DNA of 64,000 bases from Microbotryum violaceum (taxonomy: Eukaryota), in NCBI GenBank assembly GCA_001244265.2, contig CDLV01000006.1, forward strand, positions 1-64,000, given 5' to 3'. The notes below the pieces were generated by a model. It ran no database searches. It saw nothing but the letters and a program-made list of their open reading frames with translations, and was not told the origin of the DNA. The position numbers and the translations under genes are program-made. Positions within the stretch are counted from its first letter, which is position 1. Each line of letters begins with the position of its first letter. Below, piece by piece: positions 47,801 to 59,745 of the stretch.

Positions 47801-48823
47801 TCTTTGTTTTTGGATGTTGGATCGGCAAGTAGGGTCAATCATTTGTGGAGGCTATGTGAAGTGCCCCTGTTTTTTTTTTATCTCCTCTCTTTCCCCCTTT
47901 TCCATTCTCTTTTCCCATCTGTCTCGCTCGGATGTTGACTATGCTTCAGCCACACTCCCCTTTTCCCTCCAAGCCGCTTGATGGATCTTGTTGAATGGAA
48001 TGGTCGTTACGGCATGGATCGGGAAGAAGGCTCGTTCGTTTTATTGGATCGTTTTCTTGCCCAACTTCCAATGGCTCAACAGCCAGCACTCGAGACTCAG
48101 CCAAGGAGGGCCATCGGGCGTTGTCGGGGTGACGAGTAGCTGGGGCTTGGCTGCGGCCTGTTAGTCTTTGGGGACCTCTATCCCTGGCTTTGACCCCTTT
48201 CTTCGTCTCTCGGGTGTGTCCCCCCTCCTCCCCCTCCTTTCCCCTTGTTTTAGTATTTTCCTTTTGTAGAAATCGAACAGCGATGTGCTGAACGAGTTGG
48301 CGGCAGTGGCAAGCCAATGAGTTCGTAATCAAGTAGAGATTGCAATAAAGGAGTTCTTCACACACCTGAACGAGTTGGCGGCAGTGGCAAGCCAATGAGT
48401 TCGTAATCAAGTGGAGAAGAAGAAGGAAAGACGCGATTGGACCGCGCGGCTAATACAAATAGAGACGCGCGCTAGGCAGATTTAAGGCAAGAGTAATCTA
48501 CCTCAACACCTTTCTCGGTGTTCCCATTTGTGACTTTCTGTATACTCTCTTCCTTCTTTCTCTAGGCGCTCTTGCCTGGTTTCGAGTATCTTCGCTCCCG
48601 TGCTTGGGACGTGAAGCGGCAGCAGTACTCACCGCCCGTTGGAGTCCGCGTTAGGTGCTCGGTGGGCTTTGATCTGCGCAGCGCTCTTTGCGCGCAGGGG
48701 TTTGATTTTCACCCAGCTGCTTGTCGTCGTTGCTTTATTACCTCTTTTAGCTCTTTTCGTAGCAATTCCAGCCAACCCGAAGGATTGTAATTTATGAGCC
48801 CAGTTAAACAAAAACAAAAAAAA
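41888..48823 (+). mobile_element. Near full-length L1-type non-LTR retrotransposon (LINE-b): ORF1 41940-43616, ORF2 43613-47644, both frameshifted; A-rich tail to 48823
   Basis: ORF1 begins MPDPPG and has a CAVCNRAGHQWGAC knuckle. ORF2 has TFNV, LLQEH, GDLND, SRIDY, SDH, FADD and CLFC..ETVSHYFFGC. ATGA stop/start overlap. Confidence 0.92.
48265..48508 (-). repeat. Solo LTR (family D) inserted in the LINE-b 3' UTR
   Basis: TG..CA termini, 5-bp TSD CCTTT, internal 47-bp direct repeat. Orientation inferred. Confidence 0.88.
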
Positions 48824-49818
48824 GACGACACCAACCACTACTTTTTCGGCTGGGTTGACTCGCGGAATGTCTGGATTGCGGCAAAGGGCGTGCTCTGCGA
48901 CGCACTCGGGTGCGACACGATTGAGGACGCCCAGTACAGGACACTGCAACGGCTCTTTGGCCTCCCCAGGCTCAAGGCCAAGCTCAGCGAACAGGAAGGG
49001 GCGGGCAGGAGAATTGAGATCTTCACGGGGATGGTTTTGGAAATGATCAGCAGTGGGAGATGGAGGATGCAGAAGCACGGGACGAGGATGGAAAGCCTGG
49101 AGAGGAGGAGAGTGGTACTGGAGGAGAGGATGAAGTTGAGAGCGGGAGGAGCAAGGGGTGGGCGAGGGCAGTAGAGGCTGGGTTCAATTTCCCCCCCACC
49201 ACACCCCACACACACACACCATCACGCTTCATCTTCCAACAAAACACTGTATACTAAATATCTTGCTTTCATCTTTCATCTATTACAGGTCTGCCTTTGT
49301 TGCTCATGGACCGGCTCGTGATTTGGGATTGACTCGACAGTGGCTTGCGCTCTTTGTCTTTGGGGTTCTGAGTCAAGGGAGGGATCAGCAGACACAGGCA
49401 GAAAGTTGGCTTTGAGGGGCCAGGGACTGCTGAGGTGGAGGTTTTGAGGGGCCTCCACCGCGTCTGGTTGTGACCAAGCATAGACTTGGGACTTCGCGGG
49501 TCAGGGTAGCTGCGCAGTTGCTCTCCTGTTTTTGTCTCGACCGAGTTGGGAAGTGGGTGTGGGGTGGGCCTCTTGTTGTTAGTAAATCGTTTTGTTACTC
49601 TTTCTCTCTCTCATCTCATTCATCTCCTGGGGGTGAGCAACTGCTTGGCTGGGGCACTTGAATCCCAAGTATTGGATTGGTGGACACCGGCCCATTTCTC
49701 GCATCTTGCGGGCAGTTTGTGTTATCATCGTTGACTTCCATCTAGTTTTTCCGTAGGCCAATCAGGGGGCACAGGAATTGGGCGCAATATGATGAGAAAG
49801 TTCTACAAAAAAAAAAAA
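48824..49818 (+). mobile_element. 5'-truncated LINE-c (ORF2 C-terminus, 3' UTR, poly(A))
   Basis: DDTNHYFFG..LCDALG..GLPRLKAKL is homologous to the LINE-a C-terminus; poly(A) at 49807-49818. Confidence 0.85.
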
Positions 49819-50482
49819 GTCGTAATCAAATTTGGCCAGGGTGTCCAGCCAACGGGCTTGTCGGCGAGAGAGAACGGTGCGGTGGGTCTGGAAGTGCTTG
49901 AGTGTGGAGTGATCAGTGAGGATGTGGAAGTGACCGCCAAACAAGTCAATGCGCCATTCCTTGAGTGCTTCGACAATGGCAAGGAGTTCCTGCTCGTGAG
50001 TTGGGTAGTTGCGTTCAGTGGGTATGTATTGCCTGGACCAGTACGCAATGGGGCAAGCCATCTTCCACTCCTGACCCTGGAGGAGGACACCACCAATTCC
50101 GTGATTGCTTGCATCAGTCATCACCCAGAACGGAGCGGCGTCGGTGGAGTGGTTGGGCGGCCAAAGGCAGTCAAGTGAGGTGACGATGGCCTTGATGGCT
50201 TTGAAGTGGCGGACCTCGTTGGGTGTCCAGAGCATGGCAATAGATGAGAGTCTTTGGCATGTCAAGGGAGTCAGCGCGGCGGTGTGCTCAGCGAGGCCAG
50301 GGATGAACTTGCAAAGATACTGCACCAGCCCAAGGAAACCCCTGAGTTCCTTGACCGTCTTGGGTAGGGCCCAGTCTTCAATGCGCTGGATCTTCTTGGG
50401 ATCAGCATGCACACCAGCACGGTTGATGATGTGGCCAAGGAATGAGCACTCCGCGGTGGCAAGGTTGGTTTTGGTTGGAGAG
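49819..50482 (-). mobile_element. Ty3/Gypsy RT C-terminus and RNase H fragment
   Basis: [41 protein letters not shown]. Confidence 0.92.
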
Positions 50483-52485
50483 CAGTACAGGTCCGTGATC
50501 TGCGCAAACTTTGCCACTGCGTCCGCATCGTCATATGCGTGCATGGCACCTTCAGCATAGAGTGAAGGGAGGCGAGGCGGAAGCGAGAGCAATTTGAGGA
50601 GCGTAAGGAGTTCGGACTTGATGGTTGGAACTGTGACCCTGGCCGCTGCAACGACTGCCCCCCAGCGCATCAAGTCGCGATACAGCTTCTCGACCCGAGC
50701 CGTGCTGCTGAAGAACCCCCACGGACTGAAATCGCGGGTCGCAGCGACGAGGGACCTCCAGCTCTCGCGAGCTAGGGGCGCCCAGATCGCCTCGTTCAAG
50801 CCCGCCACAGCATCCCAAAATCGAAGCGCCACCAAATGAACGATGTCGCCGATCGAAATCAAGCCCAAGCCACCGTCCTCCTGAGCCTGGAACACGAAAT
50901 CGCGAGCGACGGTATTTCGCCCTGCTCCTCCCCAGACAAAATCCGTAAGTGCTGTCTCCGCCGCCTTAATGAACCATTGAGGCGGTATGTCGAAGGACAG
51001 CACGTGGAGGACCGTCGAGATGATGTGAGCGTTGGCATAAAAGACCTTCCCACTCGGCGAAAGTGTCCGGTCTCCAGCGGCGCGGGTCTTGGCCTTGATC
51101 CTGTCAAGAACATGGGCCCAAAACAGTTTCGAGTCACCATGGCGAAAGAAGGCATAGCCGCACCACTTGAAGCTCTCCCCTTCCTGCACCAATGGCAGCG
51201 CCTGCGCAGTCTCGTCCCGAAGCCAGTTCGGTCCGAGTGGTAGCACCAGCGTCTTGTCCGTGTTGGTCTTTCCGTTGGTTGCCTTGTACCACGTCTGCGA
51301 CAGCGTTTCCAGCTTCGACAATGCCGCCGGTGACTCCACCACCACCACAGCATCGTCGGCAAACACCAGATGCGTAAGCTGCGCACGCGGCCCCCCTGGC
51401 CACACCTTCTGCAGGTCGAGCGCGATCCCGCACCGAACGAGGGCGTCGAGGAAGGGCTGGAACATGATGTTCCAAACCGGGCACAAGAGAGGATCCCCCT
51501 GACCGAGACCACACAGCAACCGCACCAACTCCGTGGGGAACCCATTGATGAGGTAGCGCACCCCCAGAGTCTCGGGATCGTACAGAGCGCGCAGCAGGGA
51601 AATGAAACGCTCACCAAAGCCAAAGGCCTCGAAGACGTCGAAGATCCATGCTTGATCGACCCGATTGTACGCGCTCAGCTGATCCAAGGACAAGAGGGCG
51701 CCCTCTGGGAAAACATCAGTACCGAGTGATCGGAGTTTTTCTAGAAGGAAAGTGAGATGACTTCCCGCGTCCGCTGAACGTCTTGATGGCATGAACCCAT
51801 GTTATGCCGGCGGCAAAAGCTTGCCGAGCACCCCATTGAGTCGCGCCACCAAGACCTTGCTGATGACATTGTAGGTTGTCTCGTGCAGTGTGATTGGTCG
51901 ATATGCCCCCAGTGATTTCAGATTGGCCCCCGGTTTGTTCTTGGGCAAAAGCCGCACCAGCCCCTCTGCCAAGGATGCCGTCATTTTACTCCCCTCCCAA
52001 ATCGAGTTGAACAAGTCCAACAGCTTCGGAGCAAAGTAGGTCGGCAGCGCCTTGAAATGCTCATACAGAATGCCCGAAGGCCCCGGTGATTGCCCTGAAA
52101 CCGTCTTCTTCAACGCCGCTTCGACCTCGGAAAGGTTGAAGGGCTCGTCAAGTGCCACTCTGGCTTGAAGGGGCAGCCGACAACCGAACGTAAGGTCCGA
52201 GCGGTCGTCATTGTAGCATTTCGCTGCGCAAAGAGGGTCGAGCAGGGACCGACGTGCGTTTGTCGGGTCGCCACGAGCTGGGTCCGGCGTGAAGAGTGAC
52301 TGTGCATGCCGTGAAGCAATACCCAGCGCCTCCTGCATGTCAACGGTCTTGGTGCCATCCACATCCTCCAGCGAGACGATGCTCGTCTGGCGACTCCAGC
52401 GGTTGAGGTGCGTGCAAATGCTTGCCGATTGACTTTCCCTCGAGTCGACTGACGGCACATGCACATGAATGCGCAGCCATTGAGC
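50483..52485 (-). mobile_element. Inverted partial copy of LINE-b ORF2 (RT region)
   Basis: Reverse-complement match to ~44750-46747. Confidence 0.92.
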
Positions 52486-52486
52486 C

Positions 52487-52740
52487 TTTGTTTTTTTTGT
52501 AGAAACTGTTCATCATATTGCCCCCAATTCCTGTTCCCCCTGATTGGCCTACGGAAAAACTAAATGGAAGTCGACGATGATAACACAAACCGCCCGCAAG
52601 ATGCAAGAAACGGGCCGGTGTCCACCAATCCAATATTTGGGATTCAAGTGTCCCAGCCAAGCGGTTGCTCCCCCCCAGGAGACGAATGAGAGAGAGATGA
52701 GAGAGATGGAGAGAGAAAGAGAAAGAGTAATGAAACGATC
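52487..52740 (-). mobile_element. LINE-c 3' UTR end with poly(A)
   Basis: Reverse-complement match to ~49586-49818. Confidence 0.85.
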
Positions 52741-52850
52741 TTGTAAGGCTTGGCTGCCTTACGCTATTTAACTACCCTTCTGATTTCAATATGCATCTAT
52801 TGAAATTGTCAGTCTTTTGGACCATGTAACCTAGTCGTGAAGGGCCCTGG

Positions 52851-53870
52851 AGTCAATATTCCTGATTGCTTGCGCGCATTGCGAGTCGTCCTGGTATCCG
52901 TCCCTGATTGCTTGGAGAAATGCTGGGTCGAGCGTTGTTTCCGCCAGCACATTGGCCATGTCACCATCTGGGAAAAAATGTCGGCTCAAGGCATCAGCAA
53001 CCGTGTTATGAGGACCCCTCACGTACTCGATTGTGAAGTCATAATCAGCCAGTTGTTCGGTCCATTGAACTTGACGCTGCAAGAGGTTGCCCTGCTTCAT
53101 GAAAGCCGCCAAGGCATGGTGGTCTGTGAGAATCTTGAAACCAACACCCAACAGATCCGCCCGCCAGTGGTGAAAAGCTTCCACTATAGCCAGCAGTTCC
53201 ATTTCATGCGCCGCATAATTGTGCTCTGCCGGAATGTATTGCCTTTACCAGTAACCCACTGGCATTGCCATCTGCCACTCCTTGCCCTGACTCAACGCTG
53301 CACCAATGCCCCAATCGCTTGCGTCCGTCATCAGCCATAATGGGTTGGCCCCTTCCAAATGATCAAATGGATGTAGAGACGGTAGCTTTCCCACCATTGC
53401 TTTGATTGCTTGGAATGCCGTCTTGTGCTCCTTTGTCCAGCCTTGGTCCACGTGCGGATAGCCGACATCATGTTCCACTGTGACCTTGCCAGTCGCTTGA
53501 AAGCTTTGTACCAGACCGCCTTGGCCCTTGGGAGTCCCGCCTTTGACGCTGCGACGTAGTCCAAGTCGTCTTGATGAAACCCCGTATTAGTAAGGAGATC
53601 GTTCTGTTGCAGCACCACGCTCAGTTGGGCATCCATGTTGAACAGTAATATCTTGATGAACTCCGCGCCGCTGAGAGCCGCCTGCCCGAGCTGGAGCTGA
53701 AGGGCGCGGAGTCCCGATGCCCATGTAGGGTAGTCCATGTTCCGTTGGTTGGAGTGTCAAATCTGTTTCTCCATGTCAAATGCAAAGTCCAGTGGTAGTG
53801 CCTTGCGGACCATCGCAACCTTAAATTCATCCCACGTGCGGTCTTCTGTCAATGATACCAGCCAGTCCTT
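52851..53870 (-). mobile_element. Decayed Gypsy gag and RT/RNase H fragments
   Basis: [39 protein letters not shown]. Confidence 0.85.
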
Positions 53871-54880
53871 CAGGTGGTCATGCTCAACATGGTTTTGTAT
53901 GAACATGATCTTGAACCCCATAAATTCGTAATTAACTCCAGCCTGAACAAGTCGACGGGAAAGACACTGTTTGAAGTGGTGCTGGGCTTCAATCCTGAGC
54001 TGACCCCGATTGCTCCACGGGACGGCTCAATGTGGAAGCACTGCGTGCAGCAGTGCTCCAGAACGATAGACAGGATCAAACAATAGTAATTCACTAGAAC
54101 CTTGGGTCAGTGAGCTAGCATACTACACATATGAGAAAAGGGGCACCCACCTAGAACCTCAGGTCAGTGAGCTGGCAAAAGCCAAGGGAGGTTCTAGGCG
54201 CGCGCAAGCTATTCAACTAAGCCAAAAGTTCTATTGCCTTCCATTGTACCTTGGGCAAAGGCCTCAGGCCTTGCACAATGGTGTTGCAGGCGGTGGAAGC
54301 GGTTGTGGACGATCGAGAAACAGCAGTGGTGGAAGCAAGGGACAACTTAGCAATTGCAAAGATCCAACAAGCCGAACAGAGCAACAGGAGTGAACCCCGG
54401 CGACAAGACGCACAATGTTTTCCATGTATCCAAGCTGCGGCAATGGGTAGCAAACGATGGGGAGGACTTCCCAGGCCGCCATGCAGCCAAACCAGCGGCA
54501 ATCATAGTGCAGGGAAACGAAGAATGGGAAGTGGAACGCATTGTGGATGAGGGAAAGGGAAAAGGAAGAAGTTCTTGGTTAAATGGAAGGGATGGGCGGA
54601 CAGCAACAACACTTGGGAGCCTAGATTGCATCTGGAAGAGACGGCAGCTTTAGACCGGTGGGAAAACGAGAACCGGGAAGGGGGGTAAGGACAGGGAAGA
54701 GAGGGTGTAAGGATAGGAGAGGGTAAGGCCCGTGCGCCTGACCCTTAGGAGAAGAGACGTGCGCCTGGGCACTCTTAGTCTCTCCTCAGCGACTAACGTA
54801 GAGTGTCCAGGTGAGCCCAAGTGTATCAGAAGGCATTGTCATAGTAATGACTAACGTAGTGTCCAGTGTCAATCCTACAT
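53871..54880 (+). mobile_element. Chromovirus integrase C-terminus with chromodomain, PPT and probable LTR start (~54706)
   Basis: [27 protein letters not shown], then a frameshifted [13 protein letters not shown]. Purine tract precedes TGTAAG. Confidence 0.8.
54033..54275 (-). repeat. Gypsy solo LTR
   Basis: TG..CA termini, 5-bp TSD CAATG; homologous to 33266-33451. Confidence 0.88.
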
Positions 54881-55294
54881 ACTTTGGTCCTGTGATCTTA
54901 TTGTTGTTGCTCCGGTGTGCACTCCTACGGGGTGTATTACAACAACCTTTGGTACCTGCCTGGCAAGGACAACATTGTAGCCAACGCCATGAGTCAATAC
55001 TCCTTCACCAATCCACTGCCCACCCTAGTGGCCTCTGTCTCCCATGTCAAGCTTTCGGATGCTGTCAAGCAGCAGATCCTCGACGCGTACGAGACCGACT
55101 ATCACAAAGGACAAAGATAGGAGGAATGAGCCGGACAAAGGGGCTCGAGACAAGGGGCAATGTAAGGCTGTAGCCCTTGGGCCAACCTAGTTATTTGATC
55201 TCTAATGGCCGTGACAAATGAATGAATGAACGGTGGGGCCATTAGAGATTTGTCTAATCATGCTTAGAGTATCTCTAAGTCTCGTGGTGGCAGA

Positions 55295-55411
55295 TGTAAG
55301 GCTCGGTTGCCTTACGCTATTTAACTACCCTTCTGATTTCAATATGCATCTATTGAAATTGTCAGTCTTTTGGACTGTGTAACCTAGTCGTGAAGGGCCT
55401 GGGGTATTACA
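55295..55411. repeat. 117-bp solo-LTR-like element, further copy
   Basis: Reverse complement of 34272-34388; no clean TSD. Confidence 0.8.
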
Positions 55412-55825
55412 GGCAAGGGACGAGGGACAAGTTGAGAGAGGTTCTAGGGACTTCTCAAGAGAGACAAGGACGAGGGACGAGTGCAAGGATGTGACCCTTG
55501 ACGAGATTCGAGTTGCAGAAGGGAAAGAGAGAAGTAAGCTACGGAAAAGGGGAACTAGACCAGAGGAGTCGGGGACGAGGTGACGAGCTTGAGGAGGCGA
55601 GGCACGAGGATCACGTAATAATGTTGAGGCTGAGGATCACATAATAGAGCTTGGTTGATGATCACGTAAGAGTCGGGGGCGAGAGGGTTGTGAGTGTGTA
55701 GTTGGAGGAGAAGAAAGCAGTGCAGGTGCCGAAGCGGGGAGAGGAGGTCCGAGGTGCGGGAAGGCCGAGGTCACGCGGATGACGAGAGTGCTGAGAGGCC
55801 GAACTCGGAGTGGCGAGCTTCCATT

Positions 55826-56087
55826 TGTGACACCGAACCATTCTGCCAGCAAGCCATGGCTAACATTGGCTCGGTCACATTGGACTTCAAAATTGTTGAT
55901 TCCTTGCTGTATTTACGGGGCCGGCTTATCATTCCATCACTAGCCCCGCTCCGTGAGTCCATCCTTCACAATGCTCATGATGCGCAGGGGCACCTAGGTG
56001 ATATGAAAATGTACCAGACCGTTCAGCAGGCATACTTCTGGCCAAACATGTCCCGGGACGTCAAGCACTACGTCCAACAATGTGATT
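55826..56087 (+). mobile_element. Gypsy integrase zinc-binding fragment
   Basis: LHNAHDAQGHLG..YFWPNM..VQQC. Confidence 0.85.
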
Positions 56088-58038
56088 CATCAGCAACTTT
56101 GCCACTTGCACTTTAGTGAAATTTAGCGCACTTTCTATAATCTCCGGTGGGTCACTAAATGACACTTAGAAGGCACTTAAGTGCACTTATAGTGCTTTTG
56201 CAACAACAACTTGATTTCAGTGCTATTATGTGTATAAGCGTGCTTGAGCAATTGATGCCTGGTAGTACTGGTACATGCTTGCATTCCACTCATAATCACA
56301 GTGCTAAGTACTAGGCTACTGCCTGCCAAACAATCTATTCTGAGTCCTCTTCTTATGTATCATTTGGCACCAACTGTGCCCTGTGCCAGGCCTGCCTTGA
56401 GCAAGTCTTTGGCCACTGCTTCGCCACCTGAAAACGGAAGCATACCCCCCCACCCCCCTCCACCCGGGGAAACAACTTGTGTATGTTGCAACATCTGGTG
56501 ATTGAGACTCGCCTGAGAACTCCGCAATTGGGACATCACCTTTTCAAGAGACACACGCGCCTATTGATGGGACCAGTAGACAAACGTTAGGTCAAATGTT
56601 ACAGGGATAAAACCGTAATCCGCGGAATATCTCTCAACTCACCGCAGCTTAAGCATAAGATACTAGACCAAAAGCCAGGGGTTGGTTGTCCGGCTGCGCC
56701 GCATTGAGGGAGGCCACCTTTTGGCTCTTGGCGCAAGCTGTGAACACGGCGACGAGATCGTTCAACAGTGAGTTTGACAGGTCGCCTGACTTTTGGCCAA
56801 ACTGGAAATCTCTCTGCAGTAATGCAAATACTTACTAGCCATTTCCTGCTCTGGACAACGGTATAAATTCTTCAAGATCACCCTAAAAGTGTGGCCACAG
56901 CGAAGTTCCAAGAACCCCTCCGAAGATGGTCAGCATTGCCAAGATGTGATGTGCGCCTCAGTCTGCTTCGTGTTCGGTTGACCGCGCATTGGTCCCGCCG
57001 GTCGCTGGCGGTGTCTTTGCCGGCGGCTTGTAATGCTTCAGCCATACCTTTCAATGACTGTGCCATACGGTCGACTCACTCGGAAATAGTCAGGGGCAGA
57101 TTGAAAGGTGATGGTGGAGGCAAGAGGGAACAAGGGATGGGGATTGCGAGCGGTGGCCGTGAGTGGGAGGAAGGAAAAGGAGGCTCGCGACGGTGTGTGG
57201 ACTTGGTAAACAACACGCGGCCGTGGCCTAATGCGAGTCACTTGGCCGTGACGGCGCTTGTGCCCACGTCCTGGCAAAGGCCCGGTTTGCGCGCCAGTTG
57301 AGTCGGCGCGCCGCACGCGGCGACTTGCGCCTTGCTCCCAAAATTTGTCTAAGTCCCACTCTGTCCGTAGGCGCAAGAGGCGCATTTCCTTCTTACGTCG
57401 CCGCACAGCGACTACTTCAATCTACGACACTCGGTTGAGGATGTTTTACGATCGGATCTTGGGCAGGTGCTATTTTGAGAAATGGAGATCACACGGGCAT
57501 GGAATATCCAGAATGTTGTGGACATCTGGAACAACCAGTTGACTGTAACTTGTGAGCATGTGATCGCTTTGGGAGGGTATTTAGCATCAAAATTCTACGT
57601 GATCCAAGAATGCCTCAGAGTCGCGGGAAGGGGAAAGGGAGGGCGGCGCAAATGGATCTGTCAGAATAGCCCCTGTCATGAGTTTGCTCAATTGAATCAT
57701 CAGTATAGCTTCAGTTCTGGTAGGAGAATATTTTGCAATACTGCAAACATGTGTTGAGAGCAAATCATGTCTTTATGTATCTATTGCAGGTCGAGTACTT
57801 GGTATACTGATACCTTGCTAGAGTTGGTAATAGGAAGAATAGCAACCAAGGCCTTACACCTCACCACAGCACTCCTCCAAAGTTTCAAGTGTCAACTTCA
57901 TCAAACTTTGCTAAGTTCATCAAACAGTGCCGATTTGAGTGCCGTTTTGTGCCATTTTGTGCCATTTTGCGCACTTTAGCGGTTTAGCGGCTCGATATTT
58001 ATTTAGTGGCATTTAGCAAAGTGGCAAAGTTGCTGATG
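56088..58038. mobile_element. Probable non-autonomous TIR DNA transposon (~1.95 kb)
   Basis: Perfect 20-bp inverted repeat CATCAGCAACTTTGCCACTT (56088-56107 / 58019-58038) with subterminal GCACTT and GTGCCATTTT repeats. No TSD and no recognisable transposase. Confidence 0.65.
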
Positions 58039-58579
58039 GAGGGAGGGCTTAGTTGAGCTTACATTATTCCCAATACTGGGACAGCCCGAATTTTTGGGGA
58101 TTGCCGGGATTTTTGTCACAAAACCTTTAGCTTTGGGCTTTGTAACCTTGTTCAGCCTAGATATATCAGGTGGGTCACATGTCCTTTAGAAGTCTTGAAC
58201 CAATGATCTCTCTCTTTGTCTGGCCTACCACTCAATCAATGTCTTTCACCGCTGTTGTCAATCCTTCAATTCCTGCGAGCCAGTGCAGCCACTCATTGGA
58301 TCGTACAATCCTGAGTTACTCCTTCAACAACCTCCTGCCTCTGTTGTGAGATGCCACGAACGGTAATCTGCGGGAGAAGTCTCAACCTTTCATGGAAAGG
58401 GCTGGACTGTTCTACAAATGACGGCAACCAGGAAGAGAGGTGTAGTCCTTGGCTTCAATATAGCGAGTGACTCCTTCATAGAGTGTGGGAACAAGAAAGA
58501 CAATGCTCAAAAAAAGCTGATTCATTGATATTTAAGACCTGAGAGGTCTGCCTTTGTGCTGCCTATGCCGTATGCCTGC

Positions 58580-59745
58580 TTAAACTCCTCCCATCACACT
58601 CCTGATATCATCCTTGCTCAGCCTCAGTTCCCCATTACTCAGCCTCCCAACCACGCCCTTCATACCGCGTTGCCGCTTATTGCCACGATCTTCCATTCTC
58701 TTCTCTTTTAAACTCTGTGTTTCGCGACCTCGTTTTGCGCCGACTGATATGCCAGCAGCGTCATCCCGGGCTTTTGCCTTCTTGAGGATTCCAGCAGCTT
58801 GCCCAGCCCTAAGTGAACGGGGGGCATTTTTTGGCAAAGGTGTCTGTCCTTTCATTGGTCTTGAAGAGTCAGGTGGCAGCGTACGTAGAAGCGTCGGTAG
58901 CTCCGCCTGCATTGATGTGGACAACATGTTTGTCAATGGTCGGATCATTGAGGACAACGCCGTGTCCAGTGACGAAAAAAGACTGCGCATGGGTTATTAA
59001 GACGTTCAGCCGCGGGACTAGTGACGAAAGCAACATCAGATTGCCACTTGCGCATCTTGAGTCGAATCCGAAGGTGTTGTCCGTCCCTGCCCTGGGTTCT
59101 TGACAGTTTTCGTGTTGACTTTGTCCGCCACGGATGGCTGGCTGGCCCTGTTCTTGACCTTTGATGACTGTGCAGCAGCAAATTGTTGTCCCTTGTGGGT
59201 CCCGTAAGAGGACATGAAACCAAATACCCAATTGGGACGTACCATGAATTTGTGTAGCATCCTCCGTGACGTGCGCTTTGGATGCGCTAAGAGTGACGTT
59301 CCCGCCATCGATTGCCCGCTAAGTACTGCCACTTCGGAACGATGCAGGGTCGCGCTAGCTGATGATGCATGAACTAGACGAAAGAGTCAAGCAGACAAAA
59401 CCGGATAAAGAGAAAAAGAAAGAAAGCACATGTCAGCAAGCGCTTTCTGCAGATGGCGAGAAGCACGCGAAGTAAGACACCTTTCGCAGCTGTCGCCTTT
59501 GCCGGCTCCCTCAACAGCAAGCTGCTCTGCAGATCGCGGGAATGCTCCAGCTGTCCCACGCATTCAGGACGCACAGTGGTTCCTCCCCCATTTTCAGCAT
59601 GCTCCGTTATCGCACTCTTCACATTCTTGTGCGCGTGAGACGGCCGTCCAGCCAAGTGGGACACCCCTACCGCAGAGGATGGCACAGCTGCTTCAAGGAA
59701 CTGCTGCTGATGGCGCAGCAGAGCTCCCAGCATCCGCGATCGCAT
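58580..59745 (-). CDS. FAF1/C1orf131 (DUF4602)-like small-subunit biogenesis protein, multi-exon (boundaries approximate)
   Basis: Basic C-terminal exon KRQRGMKGVVGRLSNGELRLSKDDI resembles, from memory, the family's terminal motif. Collinear minus-strand ORFs are separated by intron-sized gaps. Confidence 0.5.

Noticed and set aside
48790..48806. TTATGAGCCCAG at the LINE-b 3' end as a PBS, tRNA remnant or snRNA Sm site
   Set aside because: It is a short match with no adjacent LTR, cloverleaf or snRNA motifs; chance cannot be excluded.
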